A DNA stretch of 20,000 nt from Chiloscyllium plagiosum (GCF_004010195.1 NC_057718.1:99359256-99379255), one strand, 5' to 3'; counted from the first letter of the stretch, positions 1-9,342 are shown. Made by a program: numbers and translations. The notes: generated by a model not told the origin, from the sequence alone.

Positions 1-164
1 AGATCGGCAGTTTGCTGACTCAAGGCAGGTATCGGGGATTTTTGGGGGTGTGTAATAATGTGGCCCAGATGAATTAGTAGCAGCAAACAGGTTGGGATAG
101 AGCTCTCACACAGGACTTCAGTTTTACACATGACACGTTGACATCATTGAATGAAGTTAAAAAC

Positions 165-303
165 TCTTATTCTCCACAACCACCTGATAAAGGAGCGTCG
201 CTCCGAAAGCTAGTGCTTCCAAACAAACCTGTTGGATTATAACCTGGTGTTGTGTGATTTTTAACTTTGTCCACCCCAGTCCAACACCGGCACCTCCACA
301 TCA
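165..303 (+). mobile_element. Short Penelope-like terminal-repeat fragment carrying a hammerhead motif (family A)
   Basis: 181-303 is the reverse complement of the insertion at 5658-5783 (shared AAACCTGTTGGA.TATAACCTGGTGTTGTGTGA...CCCCAGTCCAACACC.GCACCTCCACATCA) and carries a hammerhead-like core. PLE assignment is inferred from that motif; the 5' boundary is approximate. Confidence 0.65.
181..215 (+). ncRNA. Minimal type I hammerhead ribozyme motif, probably inactive (G8>A)
   Basis: CAC-CTGATAA-A-GGAGC-GTC-GCTCC-GAA-AGCT-A-GTG: stem I CAC/GTG, stem II GGAGC/GCTCC, palindromic stem III AGCT. The core reads CUGAUAA instead of CUGAUGA. Confidence 0.7.
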
Positions 304-1016
304 TAATTGAATGAGACAGCTTTTGTTTCAATTGTAAATAGTGTGAACCATATGTGAACCAGAAGCAGCCAACCGACTGAACAAAGGGAAGATTTGCAAA
401 TGCCTAAAGTCTGGCTGGGGCTGTGATGGTGGGAGAGGTGGGGGGGGGGATAAAAGAGCAGAAATTCTGGCCTTTTGTTTTGTTTTCTAATAGTGTGGTC
501 AGATTGCAAGTGACATAATTCATAGCGTCGCACTCCCTTTGTTCCTGACGAGAGGTGCAGATGTCAGCATGTGCTGGCACTGATGCTGCAAGCACACAGG
601 CATCTGACGGTGCAGATGCAGAAAGATGGAGTGGTTAACAAGATGTATTCACTGCATCCCTTTCCCCCATATAGCTGACCCAAGCAGGGTTACTCATCTG
701 CAGCGCAAGGCACGTTTCATGTGCAACTTGGAAAAGACGCTGCACATTTTTAAAAGGAAAGAAATCTCAGATTGGAAAGGCTTGTAGCAGCCAATGATTT
801 TCTTGTTAGAATTACGGTTGCTAGGAAAGGTCAGAGGTGCCTACTTTAGTTTTGCACTATATCATTGTCACTGGTTTGGGAGCACGGTGTATCTATGTAT
901 AGTCAAAATGTTAGCAGGTTTCTTTCAACCTCTGGGTACGTCAAGGGAGCCACTTTGTTGGTATCAGTTCAGTGGTGGGAGCAGGTTCAATACTAAATCT
1001 TAAACAGGAATTGTCA

Positions 1017-1177
1017 TGGGAACAGGATTAGGGCCATTCAGCCCCTCGAGCCTGTTCTGCCAATCCCGCAATTCAGCAGGGCTGGGCTGGGAACTAATTG
1101 GTCAGCTCGTGAGGAGCTGGCACGGGCAGTGTGGACAGAGTGGCCTCCTCTGCGCGGTATAACTCCCTGATTCTGTG
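1017..1177. mobile_element. Degenerate CR1-type LINE/SINE 3' tail fragments in opposite orientations
   Basis: GGCCATTCAGCCCCTCGAGCCTGTTC at ~1032 is the reverse complement of the tail at 8127-8152. A plus-strand TGGCCTCCTCTG...TGATTCT tail lies at ~1140-1175. Confidence 0.5.
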
Positions 1178-1420
1178 GCACCCAAATCCCACCTATACCA
1201 CCCTCACCTACAGTACTAAAGTTGGCAACTGCAGAGACAGTCGACCTCGGCAGTGAGTTCCATGGACATACCTCCAAACCCATTTACCGTCACAGGCCAG
1301 CACCAGGGTAGGATGGGCAGCAAGAGGAGAAGGACCTTTCCCTTAGCCTTACTGGATGGAAGTCAAAGAGGGTGGTGCTAGAAAAGCACAGCAGGTCAGA
1401 CAGCAGCCGAGGAGCAGGAG

Positions 1421-1456
1421 AATCGACGTTTCGGGCAGGAGCCCTACATCAGGAAT
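1421..1456 (-). ncRNA. Minimal hammerhead ribozyme motif with a core substitution
   Basis: Minus strand reads ATTC-CTGATGT-A-GGGC-TCCT-GCCC-GAA-ACGT-C-GATT; CUGAUGU replaces CUGAUGA. Confidence 0.65.
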
Positions 1457-1559
1457 GAGGGGGTGCCATAGGGGGCTGAGGGATGAATGGAAAGGGGGTG
1501 GGGCTGGGGGGAAGGTAGCTGGGAATGTGATAGGCAGATGAAGTTGAGGAGTGAAAGTT

Positions 1560-1760
1560 AATTTTTAAAAAATCTTGTAAACTCCAGCCAATGTAATCCT
1601 AACTGATTCAACCCCTCCTCATACATCAGTCCCAACCAATCCTGCCCATTTGCTGCACACTGTGGCAGCCCAGGTCCAGTGGAAGTGGGTTGGAGTCTGA
1701 AGGTGATATTAAGAGAGTGAGTGATCAGGAGCTGATTGGACTACAATCTGCTGGCATACA
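1560..1760 (-). repeat. Left arm of a ~200-bp inverted repeat (derived copy of 2015-2214)
   Basis: Base-by-base reverse complement of 2015-2214; the only difference seen is A6 versus T5 in one homopolymer. Confidence 0.97.
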
Positions 1761-2014
1761 CTCCTCTTGAAGTTGAGGGGTGAAAGTGATAGGTCAGAGA
1801 GGAGAGTGGAGCAGATAGGTGGGAAGGAAGATGGACAGGTGGGACAGGTCAAGAGGGCTGTGCCGAGTTGGAAGGTTGGATCTGGGATGAGATGGGGGGG
1901 AGGGGAAATTAGGAAACCCTCCCTTGCTGGATGAAAGCCGGGAGGTTGATAATGTTTATAAAATGGTCATGGGGTAAAGGTAACTGCCCAGCCAGGATTC
2001 CCCAAACTCAGGGC

Positions 2015-2214
2015 TGTATGCCAGCAGATTGTAGTCCAATCAGCTCCTGATCACTCACTCTCTTAATATCACCTTCAGACTCCAACCCACTTCCACTGGA
2101 CCTGGGCTGCCACAGTGTGCAGCAAATGGGCAGGATTGGTTGGGACTGATGTATGAGGAGGGGTTGAATCAGTTAGGATTACATTGGCTGGAGTTTACAA
2201 GATTTTTAAAAATT
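2015..2214 (+). repeat. Right arm of the ~200-bp inverted repeat (probable donor)
   Basis: TGTATGCCAGCAGATTG...GTTTACAAGATTTTTAAAAATT is the reverse complement of 1560-1760. Confidence 0.97.
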
Positions 2215-2650
2215 TCATTTTGTGGTATGTGGGCTGGGTCAGCATTCATTAAACATCCCTAGTTGCCCCCTTGAGAAGGTGGGGGTGAGCTGCCTTCATG
2301 AACCGCTGCAGTCCACCTGCTATGGGTTGACCCACAATGCCCATAGGGAGGGAATTCCAGGATTTTGACCCAGCGACAGTGAAGGAACAGTGATATATTT
2401 CCAAGTCAAGATGGTGCGGGGCTTGGAAGGGAACTTGCAGAGGGGTAGTGTTCCCATGTATCTGCTACCCTTGTCCTTCTAGATGGAAGTGGTCGTGGGT
2501 TTGGAAGGCACTATCTGAGGGTCTTTGGTGAATTTCCACAGTGCATCTGGGAGCTAGTACACACTGCTGCTACTGAGCGTTAGTGGTGGAGGGAGAGTGG
2601 ATGTTTGTGGATGTGGTGCCAGTTAAGTGGGGGTTGCTTTGTCCTGGATG
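2215..2650 (-). mobile_element. L2/CR1-group LINE 3' end (decayed ORF2 C-terminus and tail)
   Basis: Minus-strand frames give IQDKA...SLHH*RSVAAVCT and SKSWNSLP...LQRFMKAAHPHLLKG, typical of the CR1/L2-group RT C-terminus. The same tail recurs at 5465-5620, 7010-7155 and 9925-9995. Confidence 0.75.
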
Positions 2651-3038
2651 ATTTCAAGAATGAGGGGGTTCACATAGAAGCCAATAAAAGGACTAGACAG
2701 GGTAGATACAGGAAGGATGTTCCTGATGACTGGGAGTCTAGAACTAGGTGTCACAAACCTAAGTACATGGGTAGGCCATTTAGGACTGAGATGAGGAGAA
2801 ACTCCTTCACCTGGAGAGCGGGGAGTTGGAGAAATTCTCTGCCACCTGAAAGCAGTTGAGGCCCAAACATTGAATGATTTCAAAAAGAAGTTAGATACAG
2901 CATTTGAGGGCAAAGGGATCAAAATATGTGGGGGTAAAGTAGAAACAGGCTATGGATGATCAGCCATGATTGTAATGAAGATGGAGCAGACTCTTGGGGT
3001 GAATGGCCTAATCCTGCTCCTATTTTCTATCTTCCTAT
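2651..3038 (+). mobile_element. CR1 LINE 3' end, decayed
   Basis: Encodes ESRTRCH...GRPFRTEMRRNSFT...NSLP (CR1 ORF2 C-terminal motif TRGH...RRNFF.QRVV..WN.LP), followed by a GATCAGCCATGAT...GAATGGCCTA.TCCTGCTCC tail. Confidence 0.8.
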
Positions 3039-4152
3039 GAAACGTGCTATGACCTGCCCCAAGTACTATTGCCCAAGGTTATCTGACAACTCCAGCCAAA
3101 GGGGAGGAAAATAGGATAAGAAAGCATTAAAAATAGTTCTACAAACTCTTCTCTCTCTCTGGGCTCCTTGCGTACCTCACAGCTGCCTCTTTCTGCCTGT
3201 TATGGTGCCAGCCTTGAGCCACCATTTTATTCACCCTTGGCGATGAAGTCCCATCTTCAAAATGTCTTCCCAGCGCCCACTGTCGGGTGGCCAGCCAACT
3301 GCCTGTTGAGCACCCCCCGCCCCCCCCACCAAACTATCCCCTGGGCAAAACATAACTCTCAACACCTGAGGCAGGCCTCGTAAAAGAAAAATAATCAAAA
3401 GGTGCAGATTTTTAGACAGGGTTTGCATCTTATCCGTACATTTTTATTTAACGATGGAACCAAAGTATTCAGTGAGGGCTAGCTGTCCATTAATTGTTCC
3501 AGCATCAAACAGGCTTCATTTTGGGCCTACTAACAACAATGCAAAGAGATTCCCAGGGGTCCAAACACCTGCTGCCCACAGAGACTGAGGTAATTAATTC
3601 TGACAGTTAATTGTGCTCTTTGCATTCCTCAATTGGTGAACAGACTGGAGGGCAGGGTTGAAAGATTGACCTGCTCACCCATCATGAGCCACACTCCTGA
3701 CAAGTGTCCCTTTACCCTTTCATTAGGCAGCAGTTCCTCTCTATTCATTGATCGGTGTTCAATCAATCGGTTTCCACATTTGTGCAGAATTTCCCTGCCT
3801 CCAAAGCAGACAGGGCACTGAATCCAGTCTATAATTATTCACCGCGGTCAATTGTTGTTGAACAAAATGTGACACTATTCACTGCACAAAGCAAACAGAC
3901 TGGCTTGCTCACGTGCGGAGCCTATGGAAGACAAGAGCACAATCAGACCCGTCTTTGAAAGCATCCTGATTTCGCAGGGAATGCAAATCTGACTGCCTGA
4001 GCGTGTCAGGGGGGACTGTGGCCATCCCCAAGCTTCTCCAGAAACTTGTCCTCACCGTCATGAGTTGAAGTAGCAGGCTGATAACTTCAATGGAGATTGA
4101 GGGATATAATATTGGCTGCGGGGGGAGTCTGTGTCCTATCATGATCCCCATT

Positions 4153-4404
4153 GCAGTGCCAGGGACCCGGGTTCAATTCCACCCTCAGGCGACTGTCTGT
4201 GTGCATTTTGCACATTCTCCCTGTATCTGCTTGGGTTCCCTCCTGGTGCTCTGGTTTCCTCCCACAGTCCAAAGATGTGCATGTTAGGTGGATTGGCCAT
4301 GGAGAAATGCAGGGTTACAGGGATAAGGTGAGTCTGGGTGGGAAGCTCTCCAGAGGGGCTGGTGTGGACTCGATGGGCTGAATGGCCTGCTTTACACAGC
4401 AGGG
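4153..4404 (+). mobile_element. HE1-like V-SINE, 5' end eroded
   Basis: B box GGTTCAATTCC, V-domain TTTGCACATTCTCCC...GGTTTCCTCCCACAGTCCAAAGATGTGC, CR1-like tail ATGGGCTGAATGGCCTG; aligns with 11114-11428. Confidence 0.85.
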
Positions 4405-5464
4405 GTCCCGTGAACAAATGCTGGCCTTGCCGGTTATGCCCTCATCTCACGACAAAATTTTTAAAATTGTCTAAAGTGCTGTGACAGGGATGGACAAGAA
4501 ACACTGAAATATATCACAAGTGAATTTCGCACCTTCTCAGTTCCATGTTGAGCTGCAATACTGGGAGGTGAAGTCAGACAGTGAGATGTGGTGTCTTTGG
4601 GAAGAAAGAGAACAGTAATCTGGTGCTTCATGTGTCCAGACGATAGAGATTTAGGACAATTAAATCCTGTCCCATCAGCAACAGGGTCTTCGATTTTTCA
4701 TAGTTTGCTCTGACAACATTTTATTGAGTACATGTGTAGTCGGTGCCCCATTATGTAAGGTGGTTGTAAATAGCTAATGGGGAAGTGCTGTCATTTGGGT
4801 GGGAAACACGGTGTACTATTACCTATTCAAATACCATGTCCTTTGATGCTTGAGAGTTAATTGAACCCATTTGCCTCTTTCTCCTCCTGATTACTAGGGC
4901 CTTACTGTGCCCTCCTTATCTGTCCTCCTAATCGGGCAGTTTTAAAAGGACTGCAGTTCTCAGTAAGTTAGCAAGCCCGTCTTTCCTCTTCCTCCGTCTT
5001 GCACTCCCACACGTTTCTTCCCTCCCGGGTCAAAAAGGGTGCGTCTGGTCAAAGCGTAAACCTTCAAACGCAATGCGCCGTACCATCAGCTGATTAGTAA
5101 AGACTGCCACACATTGTAATGGCGCTGGCTGTTCACTGTGACAAATATACTGAGGCTGTTGGGTAAATGGGAAGAAATTTAGAGGGAGAATTATGTGCGC
5201 AGGTCTAGGGAGAACACAACTCTCCCACCTACCCTTGTTGGAAATTCTCACCACGCTTTGGTGTGTCGGGGGGGTGGGCTGGTTCTGTCACCATCTCCCC
5301 ACCACCTGGGAGAGAACTTGAGGAGGGTACACATACCTCTGGGTAGGCCCCACTCCGCAAAACTGGGGCCTACAGCCACAAATGCCCCACCCCACACCCC
5401 GAGTCACCACACCAAACCTCCAAGGCCAACAGACTCCATTGTGGGGCAGGCTCCCTCAACACCA

Positions 5465-5620
5465 GCAATCCTGAGACTCCCTCCCGAACGGCGTTGTGGG
5501 TCTAGCTATCGCACACGGACTGCGGCCCTTCACGAAAGCAGCTCAGCACCATCTTCCCCAAGGGCAGCTAGGGACCAATGATAGGTCGCTGGCCCAGCCA
5601 GCGATGCCCACGAATGACTG
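5465..5620 (+). mobile_element. L2/CR1-group LINE 3' tail
   Basis: Reverse-complement similarity to 2215-2375; ends in GCCAGCGATGCCCACGAATGA and an A-run. Confidence 0.7.
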
Positions 5621-5657
5621 AAAAAAAAACAGCCACTCTTTGTACAGTTTCAAACTC

Positions 5658-5783
5658 TGATGTGGAGGTGCTGGTGTTGGACTGGGGTGGGCAAAGTTAA
5701 AACTCACACAACACCAGGTTATAGTCCAACAGGTTTATTTGAAATCACAAGCTATCGGAGCGCTGCCCCTTCGTCAGGTAGCT
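5658..5783 (-). mobile_element. 126-bp hammerhead-bearing Penelope-like insertion (family A) with 12-bp target-site duplication
   Basis: Perfect direct repeat AGTTTCAAACTC at 5646-5657 and 5784-5795; the interior is the reverse complement of 181-303. Confidence 0.85.
5746..5780 (-). ncRNA. Minimal hammerhead ribozyme motif, GAAA>GAUA
   Basis: Minus strand reads TAC-CTGACGA-A-GGGGC-AGC-GCTCC-GAT-AGCT-T-GTG. Confidence 0.65.
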
Positions 5784-5950
5784 AGTTTCAAACTCAGCAT
5801 CTTGCTGTTGATGAACCCCAAATACTGGCCAGGAATGCACTGGGGTAGAGTGACAGGAGACAATAAGGGAGGTCTTCTGAGTGGATATCAATGGCATGGG
5901 TGAGACATCACTGGAAATGTGCTCACATTTCAAAATGCATGTTGAGTGAG

Positions 5951-6244
5951 TAGATTAGATTCCCTACAGTGTGAAAACAGGCCCTTTGGCCCAACAAGTC
6001 CACACTGACCCTCCAAAGAGTAACCCAGACCCATCTCCCTCTGATTAATGCACCTAACACTATGGGCAATTTAGCATGGCCGATTCACCTGACCTGCACA
6101 TCTTTGGACTGTGGGAGGAAACAGAGCATCCGGAGGAAACGCACGCAGACACGGGGAGAATGTGCAAACTCCACACAGTCAGCCGAGGCTGGAATCGAAC
6201 CCAGGTCCCTGGCAGCAGTGTGAACCATTGAGCTACCGTGCCAC
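5951..6244 (-). mobile_element. HE1-like V-SINE
   Basis: Minus strand: GTGGCACGGTAGCTCAATGG (A box), GGTTCGATTCC (B box), V domain, tail ending in AATCT repeats. Confidence 0.9.
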
Positions 6245-6510
6245 AAGTACATTCTAACTGCAACTACAGCATCAAGGGTATAGAGCCTCATCATCCTTAA
6301 CACACTGACCCAAGGTGTGAAGTGAGCAGATCCCCCACCAGGTACAGGTAATGGCTAAAACCAGATGACTGCTCTTTTGGCAACTAGGGTCAATGTCTGC
6401 AGTTATCAAACTATTGCTGGTATGTCACAGCCAATAGTGGGATCGATTCAAGGTGTTAAATCATGGGGGTTGTGAGTGCTTGGGATTGAGAATGCACCTG
6501 GTAGGGTTAG

Positions 6511-6805
6511 TAATAGAATCCCTACAGTGCGGAAGTAGGCCATTCAACCCATCATGTCTGCACCGACCCTCCAAAATGCAACCTTGCTAGATCGGCTCCC
6601 CTACCCTACAACCCTGCATTTCCCATGGCAAATCCATTTAACCTGCACATCTTTGGACTGTGGGAGGAAACCAGAGCACTCGGAGGAATCCCACACAGAC
6701 ACAGGGAGAACGTGCAAGCTCCACACAGACAGTCACCCGAGGCTGGAATCAAACCCAGGTCCCTGGTGCTGTGAGGCAGCAGTGCTAACCACTGAGCCAC
6801 TGTGC
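6511..6805 (-). mobile_element. HE1-like V-SINE
   Basis: Minus strand: GCACAGTGGCTCAGTGGTTAGCACTGCTGCCTCACAGC, GGTTTGATTCC, V domain, tail TGAATGGCCTACTTCCGCACTGTAGGGATTCTAT. Confidence 0.9.
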
Positions 6806-7009
6806 AGTCCTGATGCCTACCGTTCACACTGCACATAGTGCCCACACCTCGGTTTCCATTTCAGTGAATAGTAGTCTGTATAACACTGTCGCTCTTTGAA
6901 GGCCCTCACATTCTCCCTCACAGGATGAACACTCATCCCACTGGTGTAAGTGTAGCTCACAGCCATGTTCACCTTCAATTCACGCGTGTTATTCATGACA
7001 CAATGGATG

Positions 7010-7155
7010 GTGAAATCCTGGAACTCCCTCCCCAAAAGGCATTGTGGTTCTACCTATAGCACACGGACGGCAGCATTTCAAGAAGACACCTCAGCACCAC
7101 TTTCTTCAAGGGCAACTAGGGCCCAGCCAGTGATGAAAACCACCCCATGAGTGAA
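7010..7155 (+). mobile_element. L2/CR1-group LINE 3' tail
   Basis: Encodes KSWNSLP; colinear with 5465-5620. Confidence 0.7.
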
Positions 7156-7859
7156 TAACACATAAAGCAGTCACTCTTTGAACAGTGAGGTTCAAACTCG
7201 GCATCTTGCTGTTGGTGAACACTCAAATGTGACCATTCCTTTCTTGGTAGCTGTCCATGTCTACCCTAGTCCTTCAATGTCACCATTTGTCCACTTTGCG
7301 CACCACCCCCAGCCCCAGCCCAAGGCATATGAAGTAAACAGACCAGATCTAGTCATTCAGTGTTGCCTCACGGATGACAGAGTGCTGCTTACAGCCAACA
7401 GACTCCTTGCCCTCCTCTGATCTATCATCTCCCCACTTAGATATTGAGTTGCCCCACCATTCACTATTGCAATGCCCTCTGCATTCCAGCAGGTTATCTC
7501 CAAGCTCCACAATTCAGTTGCTCGTCTTCTCTCCCACAGCAATGGTCCGGACAGCCCCTCCCTGACCCTAAGTGAAAAGACCCCCAAGGATGGTCTCTCC
7601 ACCTTGAGCGACTTGGCTGGATTGCTGTGAACAATGAGTGGCTGGACCCCTGACTGGCGTTGGACTGGTAATACTGGATATAGTTGCACAGTATTGACCT
7701 GGGGGTGTTGTATTCTTTTGGAGACCCTGTCACTGACTGCTACTGACAATTGTCTCAGCTCATGGGGCGATATCAGACGCTGCCCCTCACTTACTGTGCT
7801 GGGGACCTCCTGCCAGAATACTTTCATCCTGGACACAACTGAGCCCTAATCCCCTTAGA

Positions 7860-8178
7860 TTTGGAGACCCGGCTCTTTAGGTCACAGCGAAAATTAAGGG
7901 GTTTCCCCCATTTCAGAAGAGTTGAGAAACATCTTGTCTTGGAGATGGTTATGAATCTTCAGCAATTCGCTTCCTCAAAATGCAGTTGATGCAGAATCTT
8001 CAAAACTTTTGAAGGCAAAGATAGATTGATTCTTGATTCCCAAGGGGATAAAAGATTATTGGGGTTTATGCAAAATGTAGAGTTGAGAGTAAGATCAGGT
8101 CAGGTCACAATCTTATTGACTGGAGGAGCAGGCTCGAAGGGCTGAGTGGCCTACTCCTGTTCCTTGTTAGTATGTTTG
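7860..8178 (+). mobile_element. Old CR1 LINE 3' end
   Basis: Decayed similarity to 2730-3038; tail GGAGCAGGCTCGAAGGGCTGAGTGGCCTACTCCTGTTCC. Confidence 0.7.
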
Positions 8179-8928
8179 CTGGAAACTAAAGTGGTAGTGG
8201 TCAGACACTGGGCGAGTAACCCTGAGATGTTCCTGGTCCAATGAATGAGCTAGGGATCTATCCTGCATTCTCTTCCTCCTGCAGCCCAGATAAGATGAGG
8301 TCATTAAGATCACTTAGTCGACTTAATTGGCAGTGGGTCAGGAAGATTGCCCATGGGTACAACACGGAAACAGACCCTTCGGTCCAACTCATCCATATCC
8401 TAAATTAATCTAGTCCCACTTGCCAGTATTTGGCCTATATCCCTCTAAACCCTTCCTATTCATATATCCTTCCAGATGCCTGTTAAATGTTGTAATTGTA
8501 CCAGCCTCCACCACTTCCTCTGGCAGCTCATTCCATACACATACCACCCTTTGCATGGAAAAGTTGCCCCTGAGATCCCTTTTTAATCCTTCCCCTCTCA
8601 CCTTAAGCCTATGCCTTCTAGTTCCGCACTCCCCCCCCACCTGGGGGAAAATACTTTGTCCATTTGCCCTATCCATGCCCCTCATAATTTTGTAAACCAC
8701 TATAAGGTCTCCCTTCAGCCTCTGACACTCCAGGGAAAACAGCCCCAGCCTGTTCAGCCACTCCCTGTAGCTCAAATCCTCCAACCCTTGGAAATCTTTT
8801 CTGAACCCTTTCAAGTTTCACAACGTTCTTCCTATAGTAGGGAGATCAGAATTACACGCAGTGTTCCAAAGGTGGCCTAACCAATGTCCTGTACAGCCGC
8901 AACATGACCTCCCAACTCCTGTACTCGA

Positions 8929-8969
8929 TACTCTGACCAATACTCTGACCAATAATCTGACCAATACTC
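8929..8969 (+). repeat. Tandem reiteration of the 12-bp target sequence TACTCTGACCAA (3.4 units)
   Basis: Units at 8929-8940, 8941-8952, 8953-8964 (one mismatch), partial unit 8965-8969; a fourth full unit lies at 9099-9110. Confidence 0.95.
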
Positions 8970-9098
8970 CTTCCTGAAGAAGGGCTCATGCCCGATACGT
9001 CGATTCTCCTGTTCCTTGGATGCTGCCTGACCTGCTGCGCTTTTCCAGCAACACATTTTCAGCTCTGATCTCCAGCATCTGCAGTCCTCACTTTCTCC
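8970..9098 (+). mobile_element. 129-bp hammerhead-bearing Penelope-like insertion (family B)
   Basis: Reverse-complement similarity to 1370-1456 and 17795-17882; the CR1 sequence resumes at 9099. Confidence 0.85.
8971..9005 (+). ncRNA. Minimal hammerhead ribozyme motif, GAAA>GAUA
   Basis: TTC-CTGAAGA-A-GGGC-TCAT-GCCC-GAT-ACGT-C-GATT. Confidence 0.65.
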
Positions 9099-9194
9099 TA
9101 CTCTGACCAATAAAGGAAAGCATACCAAACGCCTTCTTCACTATCCTACCCACCTGCGACTCCGCTTTCAAGGAACATGAGGAACGAATTTCTG

Positions 9195-9342
9195 CAGGAA
9201 AATAGATAGATGTTTTGAAGGAATTAAGGGTTATAGTGAGCGGGTGGGTTAGGGGAGCTGAGTTCATGTAAAGATCAGCCATGATCTTATTGAATGGTGG
9301 AGCAGGCTCAATGGGCCACTCCTGCTCCTAGTTTTTATGTTC
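9195..9342 (+). mobile_element. CR1 LINE 3' tail
   Basis: AGATCAGCCATGATCTTATTGAATGGTGGAGCAGGCTC...CTCCTGCTCCTA, same tail type as 2955-3038. Confidence 0.75.

Larger units (their letters stand above)
1363..1921 (-). mobile_element. 5'-truncated Penelope-like element 3' region (family B), interrupted at 1559-1767
   Basis: Colinear with 17787-18125 (GGTGCT.GAA.AGCACAGC...AATCGACGTTTCGGGC...CATCAGGAAT...GATAGGTCAG...GGGAAAT.AGGAAAC). Flanked by a degenerate 16-bp direct repeat, CCTTACTGGATGGAAG (1347-1362) / CCTTGCTGGATGAAAG (1922-1937). Confidence 0.8.
8357..9180 (-). mobile_element. HER1-like CR1 LINE, 5'-truncated copy 1 (interrupted at 8970-9098)
   Basis: ORF 8410-8814 encodes LSYREWLNRLGLFSLECQRLKGDLI.VYKIMRG...TRRH...FSMQRVVCVWNELPEEVVEA (CR1 ORF2 C-terminus); closely similar to the copies at 11428 and 13343. 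Confidence 0.93.

Noticed and set aside
544..575. CTGACGA as another hammerhead core
   Set aside because: No closing stem II followed by GAAA.
1560..2214. Inverted repeats as the termini of a MITE/DNA transposon
   Set aside because: No duplication flanks the outer ends. The 20-bp duplication surrounds only the left arm, and the spacer continues the interrupted Penelope fragment.
4087..4417. Recurring similar ORFs (DCGRKPEH, LVSSHSPKMC, SGFLPQSKDV) here and at ~6060, 6554, 11069 and 15967
   Set aside because: Translations of the HE1 SINE V domain, not a gene family.
7357..7836. 159-aa minus-strand ORF, the longest non-repeat ORF
   Set aside because: Non-ATG start, no recognisable domain, and a length compatible with chance.
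8929..9110. Repeat-spacer-repeat pattern as CRISPR-like
   Set aside because: 12-bp contiguous tandem units derived from CR1 sequence in a vertebrate context, with no spacers of regular length.
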